In this document: in pieces, positions 22,701-36,752 of the stretch
Layout of the letters: each line of letters starts with the position of its first letter
Position numbering within the stretch: the stretch's first letter is position 1
Source of the DNA: Paecilomyces variotii
Taxonomy: Eukaryota
Reading direction: 5' to 3' (one strand)
DNA: 64,000 nucleotides
NCBI GenBank assembly: GCA_004022145.1
Contig: RCNU01000005.1
The notes under the pieces: generated by a model
The model's input: the letters and a program-made list of their open reading frames with translations, nothing else
Database searches by the model: none
Told to the model about the DNA's origin: nothing
Position numbers and translations under genes: made by a program

Positions 22701-24510
22701 CAGAAACTCAAGGTACCGAGGAAGAAGACAGATGGACGACAGATGGAGCAAGACATATAGTCGTTATGCGGAAATCATATTGATAGGTTAAGGGTGGAGA
22801 GCGGCACGGAGTTCGTCGGCCAAGGCTAAGATCACTCACCGAAGAGGGAACGAACCACTGCGGGAATCCGTTGAGGACTCCATATTATTTCGTTCTTTGG
22901 GATTTCATCCCAGGAAAGCTGCAATGGGACGTTTGAGGAAATTCAATGCGTGATAAAATATCCCCTATCATTGGCCGACTATGACACGTAAGATTTAGAG
23001 AAAACCGGCTTCATGGGAAATAATGGACCTCATATTCCTCTGCCAACGAATGATAATAATGGTTAGCATAATATAACACCGGCTAGTGTGCGCTGTCTTG
23101 GGGCGGATGCGAACTATCATTTGGCTGCCGGCACCGCTGCTCGAGTGGGAATGTCGTACTGACCTACCCACCTAGGGTAACTATGCGTGGAGGCGCCCCC
23201 TGTCAGAAGATATCAGATCACACCTTATAGAGCCTGTCGAATCAAAGAGAAGGAAAATTCCTCGCCGGGGCTTAGCCGGACTCGCATGAGTCGATTAGGT
23301 TGATCCCTCGGTAGTAAAACCGTGCGACTGGGTCAGCTCCCTCTCTGGCAAAAACGGCCACAACTCCGGGTGCTCCTTTACTCAACACCTTCACTCCTGC
23401 GCATGTACGCGGGTCAGAGTCAACTTCCATTCCCCTCTTTCTTTGTTGGACACTTTGCGAAGTAGATTGCATTGACCCTTTTCCTGCGCCACGGACGCAA
23501 GCCGAACATTCGATCTTCGTCTGGTTCGGGCCCACAGAGCCTCCCGTCAACAATAGGGAGTTGAGTTGACTACTGTATGTGGCGCGCGCCCCTAAATGAC
23601 GGCTAAGGCGGACCCCTCCCACTTTGGATCCCGATCTTGTTGACCGTTGATGCCCCGAGTGAACGGCTCCCTGAGGAGGCTGAACCACGGTGCTGGGTTT
23701 GGGCAAGAAAAGGATGGGCCTTTGGCTGTCCCCGCGGCTCCTTATGTTATCGTGACGGAGAAGCGACCCGACAGTTCGGATGCGATGGAATCGGTCTTTC
23801 GCGTTACTTACATGCATGTGCTCCGTCCTTACGTGCGTCGCGACTCGCGACGTGCTGGGATTCTTGAAGTGAAGGCGGGCACTATTAATTGGCGCCCCAT
23901 ACAGACGGGAATAGACAACGATAAACAGAGTCGAAGCACCCAGTGTAGGAAACATGCAAATGACGCGAAAAATTCATGTTAGTTCGAGCATGGGAATTTA
24001 GAATACATTGCACAATTGCGCTGTAGCAATGCGTTGTATGTTCCAAGAAATTGCGGCGCAATCCACTCGGCGTTCCTAGAGTCCTGTCTCGTTCGCTCTT
24101 CTGTTTGGTGTTCTCAAACATCGGCCGTAATAGTAAGGGCTGGTTCTCCTTCTCTGGCAGGGAAAGTATAAAAGCGGACATTGATGGTTCTGTGTAAGCA
24201 ATGCTCGATCTCCACGCAGCTGTAGAGCTTAGCCCACAGTATTGAACCGCAGGGTGTCGAAATCTAACTTGCCATATCAGCATGAGCGTCTTGCAAGGTA
24301 TATCGAAATGAGACTGGCAGGAAAAAGGAGGAGCGGTGAGTCTATAGACTCTAAAACAGGCTGAACTTTGGACGAAGCAGCGGCGGAGTAGATGCGCTCG
24401 GATCCATGGTCCCAAGTCCGAAATACGTACAAGAGGTATATCTAAGCTCCCCACCAAAGCAGAGGCATGAGTGCTGTTAGGTGTTCTTTGCCCTCTGCCT
24501 CTGCGAAATA

Positions 24511-27064
24511 ATGCCTAGGTAAGACAACAGGCGATGGCCGGCCCGACTCCGTGTCATTGGGATGGAATGGAAAACGGCGAGAACTCGGGTTTTACTCCAT
24601 ACCTGGCCAAGGTTTTTTGGTGACTCTCATCCCTCACACTCGATAATTTAGCCCTCCCATTCAAAGTGGAGCAATGTTCGGCATGCAGATCTCCACGAGG
24701 CTCCTGCGCCCGCTTCGGGCCTTTTTGAGACAGGTCCTTAATGGGCATGGTTCACCAGGCGTGGGCCCATGAAATAGAAGAAGGAATCTCCTTGCTCGAC
24801 AGGTTAGAGGCTGCCTTCTGATCATCAATCCCACTCGACGCATTTATTCCTGTAGGCAACGAGACATCGTGTGACTGTTGTCTGCCGTTGTTGTTAGGTT
24901 GATTAGTGTGGTTTGAGAACTGATATATGCCAGTCCAGTGCTCAATATTACAGCCACGATTAGCCTCTGCGGTAGGAAGGCCGACCCCTCCCTTCGCTGC
25001 TGGGATGGCTTGTTGGAAGAGTAGTATTATGGATGGATGGAACGCTCCTCCGGGGCGCCCGACTGGCCGGTTCACAGCTAGATTCTTCGCGTTCGAGAAA
25101 GATGACCGACGTGCGCAGACGGGCCGTAACGGCTATATCTAGCTGCATGCATTGTCCAGCCTGGGTCCGTTGAGTTCTTTGCCAGTGGCCCGCACCATTC
25201 TTTCGAGACGGGACAAGACCTCGCCATCGTGGCACGGGAGTCGACGGGGTGGATTTGTCGCTCCTACTGTGCACCTCACATGATCCCGTAGTCAAGAACT
25301 AATGGGACTGAATACCTAGAAGACCTATCTCTGCCCGATAGTGTTGCTTGCGTTGTGGCAGTCCCATGCAGGCGGTGTCAGTTGTTGCGATTCCGAACGG
25401 ATGTACTGCGTGCCCTTCCACAGTCCCATCTCACCCATACATATTGAGTACTTGAACCGATTCACTGGGAATTAAAAACACCGTGACGATATACTTATCC
25501 TTATTAAATTCCCCTTTTGGCAAACCCTTGGAGAAATCCTGCAGGGATACTCTTAAATATGACGTACCAAAATCACTCCAGGACCCCTGCCTGCATCTTC
25601 TGGGGAAGCGCTGACGATCTTCTCTCTCTTCCAGAGACCCGGAAGCCGGAACTGTAGAACTCGACACTTCTTACCTCGAGACAGTCACCGTTGAAGGACG
25701 AGACTTCCAGCAATATTCGATCAATAATCGGATCTATTTCGGGCCAGTTGACGATGTGTGTGGATGACTAAAGGCTATCATATTATGCTTCGCTGACCAT
25801 CTCATTTCAGGATGAAGCAGAGCGTCTGGAGCTTCAACATCGAGTTTTTAACAGAGTATTCGATGACCGCTTGATCTTTCCACCCATCCGCAGGCCAACA
25901 AGGATCCTCGATTGCGGTTATGGAGCTGGCGCTTGGGCTGTGGAAGTCGCTGAACAGTATCCGAACTGCGAGGTGAGCACAGATGAGTGGGCTGTAGCTG
26001 CCCTTCAACGACTAACACTATAGATGACGAAGGTGATAGGTGTAGACGTCTCACCTCATATGAAACCTGACGAAACCCCAGAGAATTTATGGCTGCAGGT
26101 GAGTTTTTCTCTGGACTTCTCTTTCTCCCCCTGCTCTCCGGCCAAAGGGGGATGTGTGATCTGCCTTATTGGAACCAGGAGACCCCTTTCCAACCAACTG
26201 TGCCTACAAAGTAAAAAGTAGTTTCGAAGGAGGAACATGATTATTCCGCCTCAAGAGGTTGGAGGGACGGGACCTGGACGAACTGACGTGAATGAACAGG
26301 TTGACGACTTGAACCGCCGCTTCACTTTTTCCTCCGGTAGTTTTGATCTGGTCCAGTCCAGGCTCGTTGCTTCAGGAATAAATCGTTCTCGATGGCCCAC
26401 ATACATTCGTGATATCGTGCGGTGAGCCCCTCCCAGACCGTCGGTATCTCATACTTTGGATAGTCACAGTATGATCTTGGGGGATGTACCTTGCTGATTT
26501 GCGGTATAAACACAGGGTACTCAGACGCGGCGGATGGGTGCAAATGGTTGAGATATACTTCAACGTGCAATCTGACAACGGTTCACTCACCGAACGACAC
26601 GCTTTGAGCCAGTGGAGCGCAAAGTATAGAGCCTCTTTAGAAGATCTTAAGGATCTCCGCGTCGGTACAAGGCTAGGCAGCCTTCTTACTGCCGCAGGAT
26701 TGGTGGATGTCGAGACGAAAATGATCCAGTTGCCATTATCTGGATGGCCCAGTGGTTGGTCCATAATGAATAAACACCATCAAGCGTAATAGCCCTGACA
26801 GAAGCCAGATCCGAGAATGCGGGAGATCGGTACGAGCAACCAAGAAAACGTCCACAGACTCCTTTCGGCAATGGCGATATATCCGTTTACGCAGAGGTTG
26901 CATATGCCACGAGCAGAATTCGAAGTGTTGGTCGCCCAGGCCCGTCAGGAAGCGAACAACCGGTCCTTGAAGGCCTACTTTCCCCTGTGAGTAGCTGATG
27001 TCCCCAATCTGTATATGGACGAGGCTGACAGAATAGCTATGTCACCATCGGTCGAAAACCGTAG
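24511..27064 (+). CDS. LaeA-like class I SAM-dependent methyltransferase (possibly LlmG-like), about 8 exons
   Basis: Spliced exons give RIYFGPVDD|DEAERLELQH...ILDCGYGAGAWA...|VIGVDVSP...WLQ|VDDLN...FDLVQSRLV...|VLRRGGWVQMVE...LPLSGWP...|YVTIGRKP*. Exon at 25635 has an in-frame TGA just upstream (25612), so it needs an upstream exon; ATG CCT AG|GTAAGA at 24511-24518 fits the phase (MPRDPEAG). Start exon is inferred. Confidence 0.85.
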
Positions 27065-29521
27065 AGGAAAGGCCGGGGTCGTCGAAAGCCCTCATCGACG
27101 GCAACCTTGACGGAACTCGCTCCAGCTGTGCAGTGTAGCTCGCTGCTTTGATTTCCGATATTTTTTTCATGAGCATTGCATTCTGAACCTGCCTAGCATA
27201 TGGTTGCGCGATAGACTTGAGTCATAGTGAATTAATATTCTTTGATGCTGGACCAGATGGTCATTTCCTGGGACCACTACCCACCCTACCTTAGAGGCGC
27301 TTCTCCAGGTTGCGGGTACGCGACGCTGCTGCTCCATACCTGGTTATGTCGATACGGTTCAGTATCTTTTGGCTTCATCGGGTTATATGGCGGCATTCGA
27401 CAGTTACTGTGATGAATGTGCCGATAGAAAGGCTTGGGGGTTGCTGCACTTGTGCCAGGCGGAAAGCACGGTCAGGTGCAGCAGGGCGACCGGGAGAATA
27501 AAGAGGACGAAATGCAATCAGTCAGACCCACGTCGGTAGGTTCTTGGAATGGCACATTTGCTCCCGGACCGAAGGCTAATATGACTTGCTGTGTAAGCTC
27601 ATCAGTATTTAGCTGACTACTGGCTGATTCCGTAACAGCCAGAAGGTCTTGGTGATGTTGCCAATTGCGCTTTTCCGGTACCATTCAGGTGCACAAGGCC
27701 TAAACGATGTGCCATGGAAAATAACACCCCAAGTCTCCCTACAGGTGGACTGCTGTCTCGATGTTTCACCGTTGGCCTGGACACTATTGATAGTCGGGCT
27801 GGAGTGTTCGGATGGGGAATGACCAACCACAGTCATATACGCATACAACATCCCTTCAGGCTCGCAGATGTCCTGCCGGCCAGATGTAGCAGATGTTGAT
27901 GGCATAATGAAAGAAGACAGGAATCGAGAGGGAAATACGAGATATTGCTGGACTGGCATAGCCAAGGATCTGTCGTGCACCAGCCCAGATAAGTAAGCTC
28001 TTGATCTGGAGCATTTGCCTTCGCCCTAAACGTGGGACGCGCGCAGTCCATGTACGGCCATGTGGGGATGTTTCTGTGCCGTACTCTGCCTTGGAGGTGA
28101 GTGATTCTGACGACCTCAAAAGACCTCTTCGTCATGTCCACGGCTTTGTTGTGGCCTAGACAGCCATCAACTCTTGGTCCTGGGACGCTTATGTGATGGA
28201 CAAGATGCATCTCTGCTTTCGAGAGTGAGGGAGGGAAGGCCAAGATCCCGAAGACGAGACGGGTCGAAACAGGGAGGAAATAGTGGGAAGCCATGCCAAA
28301 CGGACAGTTCTACCAGCTAATAAAGAATAGGCTTGATGCCCTGGAGAGGGAGAATCCGATTCCATTATTGTCCTGTTTGCTGGAGGCCCAGAGGCCCAAA
28401 CGCCCATTGCTCTATCGCCCATCATTCCGCCCTTAACCCCTATGGCTCAATGGATGCCCAGCGGAAACGGGATCGTGGCAGGGGCCTCTCAGCGAACATC
28501 ATTCCGATCTTAACTCTGAAAAATGTAGCGTTGCTGGGCTATTATTATTGTCCTGACGGGACTGCTTTGAACAAGTAATCGTTACTGAGCACGCTTACAT
28601 CTGTCACCTTGCGTTTCCTTTTGCTCTATCTATTTCCTGCCCTCAGATTGCCCGAAGACCCCGGATCTTATGTACAGGTGGTCATTGCGGGCCCTCGCTA
28701 CGTTGATATTCGATCATTGCTCTACCATTACTCCCTGATCCTGTACGAGTTTCTCCGCAATTGGAACCGTCAAGCCAATGAAGCTGCTGTCATTCTAGCT
28801 CCAAGCTTCATAATAAAAGCAAGCGGCGCTTGTCAGGCTTTCGCGGAAGCGGGCGCACTGGCACCGTCTCGCCCCACGCATGCCTGAGCATCTCAAGGTG
28901 TCCAACCCGAAACCAGCGCTCTCCTTCGGGCAGTATAGCGTCCAGTTGGGAGCTGAGCTGACGCGGGGATGGTACTGTCTGGTCTGTCTCCTCATCCGCA
29001 GGCGATATGCAGGGAGAGACTATGTCTGACCATATTTCAATCGTCGACAGCTGCACCCAGCATGAACACATGGCCACTGACTGTCGATGGTAACGGGCTC
29101 CAAAAGCATGGTCAAGAGAAGGCTTGACGGGAGGAATTACTCCGTAGACAGCTGAGCCTTGTTCTATTGGAGTGACGAGTAGATCAAGGATCAAGCTAGG
29201 GCTACCAGGCGCCGGCGGCCCAGGAACGCGGCGCCTCCTGAGATCGAGCACGCTAGATCCCTGTAGGCAGCAGATATAGTAAGACAACGGGCATGCGCAT
29301 CCGATCGTCTTCTTAGATATGCCTGGACATTTGTAATTAAGCATCGACGGCCGAGACCGCGAGGGCGCTTGGGCGCTTATGTGGAGCCTTGTCACCTGAG
29401 GCCCCCAATCGCCCGATCGGGCAATGCCGCTTCGGGGCGGGGAAAAAAAGTTTCGGTAGAGACAGCGCAAGATCTGATCTTTTGCTCAGCATCAACAACA
29501 ACACCAACCCCTCTGTCCAAG

Positions 29522-30735
<1,214 letters not shown>

Positions 30736-31719
30736 TTTTCTTCGATAATTTTCCTCGGCTGAAACTTTTTGTGGATTCATCTGTCCCTATATGGCGCCTG
30801 CATGGGTTGGAGTTCTTCTGTCTTGATTCTCTTTCGTGCTCCTGTACTGCATTAAAATTCTCTTTTTTCTCATGTCTCGAATATGTTGTCTACCCTATGC
30901 AGTAGTGATACCATCAATCTCACTTACCATCGCACCTGTCTCATATCAGGAGGGTCTTTGTTCTCTAACATCATCCTTACCGGCCTTAGCAGCCTTACTA
31001 GCCCTAGCGGACGCCTCTAGCATGGATGTTCCTAAGCCAAATCATTCATTGAGTACATCTAAACATGGCTGTTCACTGCCTACATGGTCTTTGCGATGCC
31101 ATGGCTCTGCCGCTGATAAGTCCGTACTCTCAACCTCGCTAGGATTTTTAGCGGGCAGGATCGATCCCGCTGAAACGCGCGAAGCCATCGGGTTGAGCGC
31201 TGATGTCTATCACTTAACTGCCCCTAGATCAACCCCAGTCTTGATATCGGAACTGTGTTGAGCCTGGGCCGTCCTCTTCTGTGCTACGATGGCCACCGCC
31301 CGGGGCATAAGGACACTTTCGTCTTTCGCCGGCACTATCTCTGGCGCTATCTCTCCCGCCGTCAAAGCTTTGAATGGTTAAACAATCCTGTATGGACTGC
31401 CTTAGCGGCCAGGTCCGCCACAAGGAGGCGATTACACGACCGCTGATTCGACGTACACTCGAGCTCTTCAACAGTTTAAACTTCTACGAAGATGCTGATA
31501 AGGAGCGGCGCCCTCGTGGGACTTATCGCTACTCGAGGAAGGTAAAAATCTCCCGGACTCGCCTGCGGGGTACGCGTACTACCGGGGGGTCTGAGAGTCG
31601 CGAAAAATCCCAGAAAAAAAAAATAATAATAAATCAATTGAAAAGGAAACTCCATTGCCCGTGTTGTGGTCTCTTTTCAAGATTTCTGGGCCGATTTGTG
31701 AAGCAGTTAATTCTTGAAT

Positions 31720-33608
31720 ATGTCGACCAATCTGGGGGAGATCGGTGTCTCCGATCCTGCACGGCTCGATAAGGACAAGGGAGAAGAGAGCGTAACGCAG
31801 AATGCCGTCTTCGACAACGACCTCGAGCAGCCGGTCGCTCCGGATCAGTTCGATGATAGTTATCGAACGTCCAAGTGGGAGATCTGGGCATATTATACGT
31901 GCGTTGTTTGCGGTTGCACAGAGGATGAAGACTAAATAAAGGGTGATAGTTACTACATTGGCAACAATGGTCTGACATTGTTCAGTAAGCACTACTATCT
32001 CTATAATACTCTTGGATTGGTGTCCTAACTGATCAGATTTCGCGCCAACTGCTTTCCAGAACCTGCTTTACCAAGCTGCAGGAGACTCCGGCATGCTCCC
32101 TTTTGCCGGCAAGCTCCGTACGATCGACAGTATTGTTCTTTTGAGCAACGGTATCTCGTTTGCCATTCAGATCGCCGTCTTTCTCGTCCTTGGGAGTTTC
32201 GCGGATTTCGGAACCTGGCGGTCTAACATTCTCATCGTTCTCTCCCTCATTGCTTACGCCATCGGTTTTGGCTGGTTGGGAGTCCACACGGAGGAAAAGT
32301 GGCTCATAGGAACTGGACTATATATTGTGGGCTTGATCGCTTATCAGACGACTTTGACCTTCTGGACGGCAGCATTCCCTGGTCTGGCCCGCAATACAGC
32401 GGAGCTGAAATCTAAAGCAGAGGATTATATGGCCGGGGTCATCTCACGAGATGAATATGACCACGCTGATACGATGAAACGTAGTCAGTTGGCAAACATG
32501 GCATTTTACATCCAGTCCATTGGAGAGATTGTCATTCTCGCCATCATAGTTGGAATCATGTTCGGCCTGAATGTCAATGCCAGTGAAGCTAACAATAACT
32601 GGGGTTTGAGCGTGCTTATCGCTTTTGCAAGCGGTGTCTGGCTCCTTCTCTCGATTCCTTGGTTTATTCTCGAGAAAAGGAGGCCAGGGCAGGATCCCAG
32701 AGGCAATATCATATTGGCGGGCCTAAAGCAGTTATCCTATGCTTTGTCGCAGGTGTGGAAACTCAAACAAAGTCTGCTGTATTTGATTGGTATGTATTCG
32801 AACAAGATGCCCATTTTCTGGCAAAACTAAAATTAAAACCAGGCTACTTTCTTCTGGGTGACTCCCTGAACACAACAGTAACAGTTATTGGAACGCTCCA
32901 GAATAGCATTGTTTCATATAATACCCTACAGCTAACGTATCTCTTGATCGTTGGTATTGCGGCGCAGGTAGGAGCAGTTCCTGTAAGGATCATGGCTAGA
33001 GTTCTACTAATCAGCAATAGGCAGCCGGTATTTACGCTTTTTGGTTCGTCCAGCGTCGATATAACCTTGGAACCAAGACCATGTTTAATGTCGTTGCATT
33101 CTCCATCATCCTTCTCGATGGTTGGGGAATGATCGGCATCTGGACGCAGCGCTTTGGATTCCATCACGTGTGGGAAGTTTGGGTTCGTAAACGATCAATT
33201 CCTGTTATATACGTCTCCAAATCGCTTCTAACATTATTTCCCCAGCTCTACCAAGCTTTCTACGGCCTCTTCGTCTGCCCATGGTACAGTTATTCTCAGA
33301 TCATGATCTCTGAGGTGACTCCTCGCGGCTACGAGTTCCTCTTCTTCTCCCTATTCAGCATCATTGGAAAAACCTCATCTTTCATCGGACCCATCGTATC
33401 TAGCGCCATCATCGATGCTACACCATCTGGAAACGCATCTACACCATTCTATTTTCTGTTCGCACTTAGCGTTTGTAGTTTCATCATGCTAGTGTTCTGT
33501 GTCGACTTGAAAAAGAGTCGGAAAGAGCAGGAAGCTTTTTTGAGAGAGAAGATGGAGAGATTGGCGCAGAGTTCTGACGAGTCTGTATCGGGACTAGAGC
33601 AGAAATAG
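31720..33608 (+). CDS. ATG22: Atg22-family vacuolar amino acid efflux MFS transporter, about 6 exons
   Basis: WEIWAYY, GNNGL, NFAPTAFQNLL, GSFADFG, ISEVTPRGYEFLFFSLFSIIGKTSSFIGP; many hydrophobic segments; canonical short introns link the ORF-track pieces. Confidence 0.88.
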
Positions 33609-34883
33609 ACGATGGAGGGAGCTGGGATATGAAGTTTTGATACCCACTGATAGATAGAGGAGCGTGATGATCTTTAGATGGGGAGGAATTATGAATCTAC
33701 GTAACAGTTCCATAAGTGTCTTTCAATACCGTCTGAAATCCCACGTCCAAAATCAATAAGTGGATCAGCTCAATGGTCTAATCATTAAGAAGACATAAGT
33801 AGTCCAATACATATAACAAAACTTTCCACTCTTCCTCAGTTGAGGATATTGCAACGTAGAGAATGCCTGCATATATCTTCCTTCGTCTAGCGTTTAGTCT
33901 TTCATAATATGTAGAAGTGTATATTATCCAGGATAGATTACCTGGGACCCCATCTAGATCCAACTTACTAGCGGAAAAGGAAATCTTGGGCTATACGACA
34001 CCTTGAGCAGTAATGCGTTTTAATGCGTGTAGATGTCTCTATGCCCAATGTGCAGAGATAGAAGGTATGACAATGCGTATTCAGCTACTCGAGTGAAAAT
34101 ACTTGATACCCGTAGTTTATCAGTTAAAGCCGAGTGATAGGGAGCTCACGTGCCTCCGAGAATACATCAACAAACGCTCTATCACATTTATTGGATGGAT
34201 ATTACGCAGCACCTGAGGCACTCTTTCTAGATCCTAGTTCTGATGAGGCAGGGTTCGCTGTGCCGCATACCTGCCTGGACGTATGATTCGATTGTCATCA
34301 GATGCGCCGCAACCGCCCTCTACATCGTGGAAGGGGTTGTAGATGTTGACGGGCTTATCCGGCGAGTACACCATGGACACGTGTGCCGGGCGCTTTGCAG
34401 AGGGCTCGTTTGAGATATCGTGATCATGCACCCTCACGAATAGGGCATCAGTTTGCGTCGTCGAATAATAAGATTAAGGAATCTCCACTCTAATCCCATT
34501 CGTACCAGTGACCAAGCTGATCTTCTAACAGGAGGGGACATATCAAGAGACGTTCAGTCACAAATATGAGAAGGATGTGACGTGCCACTAAAATTCAAAA
34601 ATCGATAATACATAACAGTCTTTTGCAGTAATATGATATACAAATTGTAATTGGAGAAGAGCTAGAATGTCGGTATTGAGAGAGATCTTTGACTAGAACT
34701 ACGCTCCTGATCATTTACCATTCAGGTGGGACGTACTGTACGAAGGCAGCTCTAGCAAACACCAGTAGTAATTTGGACTAAAACACCAAGAGGGTGAAAT
34801 CAATCTTAACAAGTGTTGTTCTATGAAATTTCCAGCAAAGAAAACACCATCTGACAATTCAATTCCATTCAATCTCCCTTCCG

Positions 34884-35649
34884 TCATAGTTTCGGTTTAT
34901 CGCTGACCTCTTTAGCATGTGCCGCAGCCTCCTCCGCATTGCGCGCAGCGCTGCCTTCCAGGCCATAAAGAACCTTTCCGGATCCAGGAATCACCATCTC
35001 AAATGTTTCCGAAATACGGGTATATTGGAAATAGCCACAGCGAGCAATAGGCTGGGCTTTGGAAAGGTCAACAATGCCATCAGTCAACACGTCTTCCGAG
35101 ATATGGACACCAACAACAAGGCCGATGATGATGTCGACAGTACCCATCGGAGGGTTTCCAGGGAGCCTCAGGGTGCTATGATAGCGACACTCGAATCGGA
35201 TAGGCGAATCGCGCACCATAGAGCAACGTACCAGGTGCGCAGGCGCCTTGGTCAGACCTGCGCGCTCGAACTCGTCTGTTCCATAGGGAACTTGCTCCGC
35301 TGAGATGTTGACTGCTTCTCGCAGAGGGTATGTTGCCATGTTCCACACAAATTCCCCTGACGCCTCAGTATTGATCGTTGTGTCCTTGCGTACGCCCAGC
35401 TCGGTCTGGTTTGCTGAAAACATGACGTATGGAGGGTCGAATGTCAGGTTGTTGAATTGAGAGAACGGCGCGAGGTTGTCAACGCCATCTGGTGATCGTG
35501 TTGAGATCCAGCCAATCGGCCGGGGCACTACGCAGGCCTACATCCCAATATTCAGTATCAGTAAGAGGGACAGTCTATGGTAATATGATAACAACCTTAA
35601 AGGGATCCCGCGGCAGCCGATGTGGTGTTTTACCCGGTTGGTAGAACAT
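34884..35649 (-). CDS. Flavin reductase-like FMN-binding split-barrel protein with C-terminal PKL, 2 exons
   Basis: MFYQPGKTPHRLPRDPFK|ACVVPRPIGWIST, NLAPFSQFN, KDT..N.E..GEFVWN, SPIRFEC, PIARCG; ends SDKPKL*. Intron about 35595-35537 with GTTGTT donor. Confidence 0.9.
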
Positions 35650-36752
35650 GATGGCGTGCTAAATCATGTATTGAAGAAGTCCGAGGCTTTGCAGCTTAAT
35701 TTTGCCACTGAACTACAGACTTCCAACTGACGATAGAGGCAGATTAGCTAGATGTCATAACGCCTGGACGGCTCGCTCGGGGCAATTCCGCTGGCTTCTT
35801 AGCATCGATTAGCGGACAGAATAGCGCCGGCGTGCAGCTTCCCCATGTTTTCGGCCAAACCAGAGTTAGCCGGGTGGTTATCTGGTGGTTTGATAGTTAC
35901 TAAACGTGGGGTATGATAAAAGTTTATGGCCTCCTAAAGGTGAACACTCTTATTACATCGAAAGCGAGTCTAATTTATTACTCGTAGGTAGTGTTTAGTT
36001 CGTCCCGCATCTATCACTTTGTATCGTCGGTTACCCTACCGTCTGCTACAATAACTTAAGAGTCTAAATTGAGAAGCTCTAAATACCTAAGTACCGGCAG
36101 AATGGGGACGATAGAAATCACCGTCCACATAAGCTCATAGACCGAACAGGATGACATGGCTACGCAGAGGATCAAATGGGCTTGCAAGCCAAGAAAAATG
36201 GAAGATCTCGATCGGATGCGGAATTAGAAATCAATATTACAATCATTATTACCTTATTACCTTAATAACTAGTAAGTTCCAAACTGGTTACTGATCAAAA
36301 ACTGCGGCTGTGGAACCGAGGAAGAGCTTCGGTTGATCACTAACCAGGGCTTGCGTGTAACCGAGCATAATCAAGTACACCAAAATCGAGATATTTCTGG
36401 GCTAACTTGTCCTTTTATTTAGGAGGCAGGAATATCTCATGACACCAATCCATCTATCTATCCAAAACAAGTCGGAATTGGCTTGTCGTTACTGATCTTC
36501 TCGGTGCCATTTCTCCCCGAGACGCTAAAATAAACGTAGATAGACTAAGTATTCCAAACTGGAGCCTGCCGCGTGCACAGGCCAGCTTATCCGCATTCTG
36601 GTTACAATATCCATAAGATTGAGCCTCGGTTTCTTTCCTGCTCCACCCACCTGCTTAGACACTGGTGGTCATATAAGAAGTGTTCTTTCCCGAACACTTT
36701 TATTCATACCATAGATCTCAATTTGATGGGTTTCCCACAGAAGTGAAATATC
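35650..36752. promoter_or_regulatory. Divergent promoter (flavin reductase/SDR) with three CCTCGG/CCGAGG sites
   Basis: CCGAGG at 35681 and 36316, CCTCGG at 36624; this hexamer is the established FarA/FarB core. Confidence 0.55.

Noticed and set aside
23272-24457. Minus-strand ORFs of 227 and 190 aa in the long intergenic region
   Set aside because: Non-ATG or weak starts, no recognisable domain, composition like random open frames.
27062-27150. Hairpin (27078-27102) after the methyltransferase stop as a readthrough signal
   Set aside because: Stop is TAG AGG, not a leaky TGA CTA context; stem is only 8 bp; the extension would end SLL, not a convincing PTS1.
27310-29470. Overlapping ORFs (up to 220 aa) between the methyltransferase and KRR1, and a repeated ATTATTGTCCTG at about 28364 and 28544
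   Set aside because: No domain signal; two copies of a 12-mer are too weak to call.
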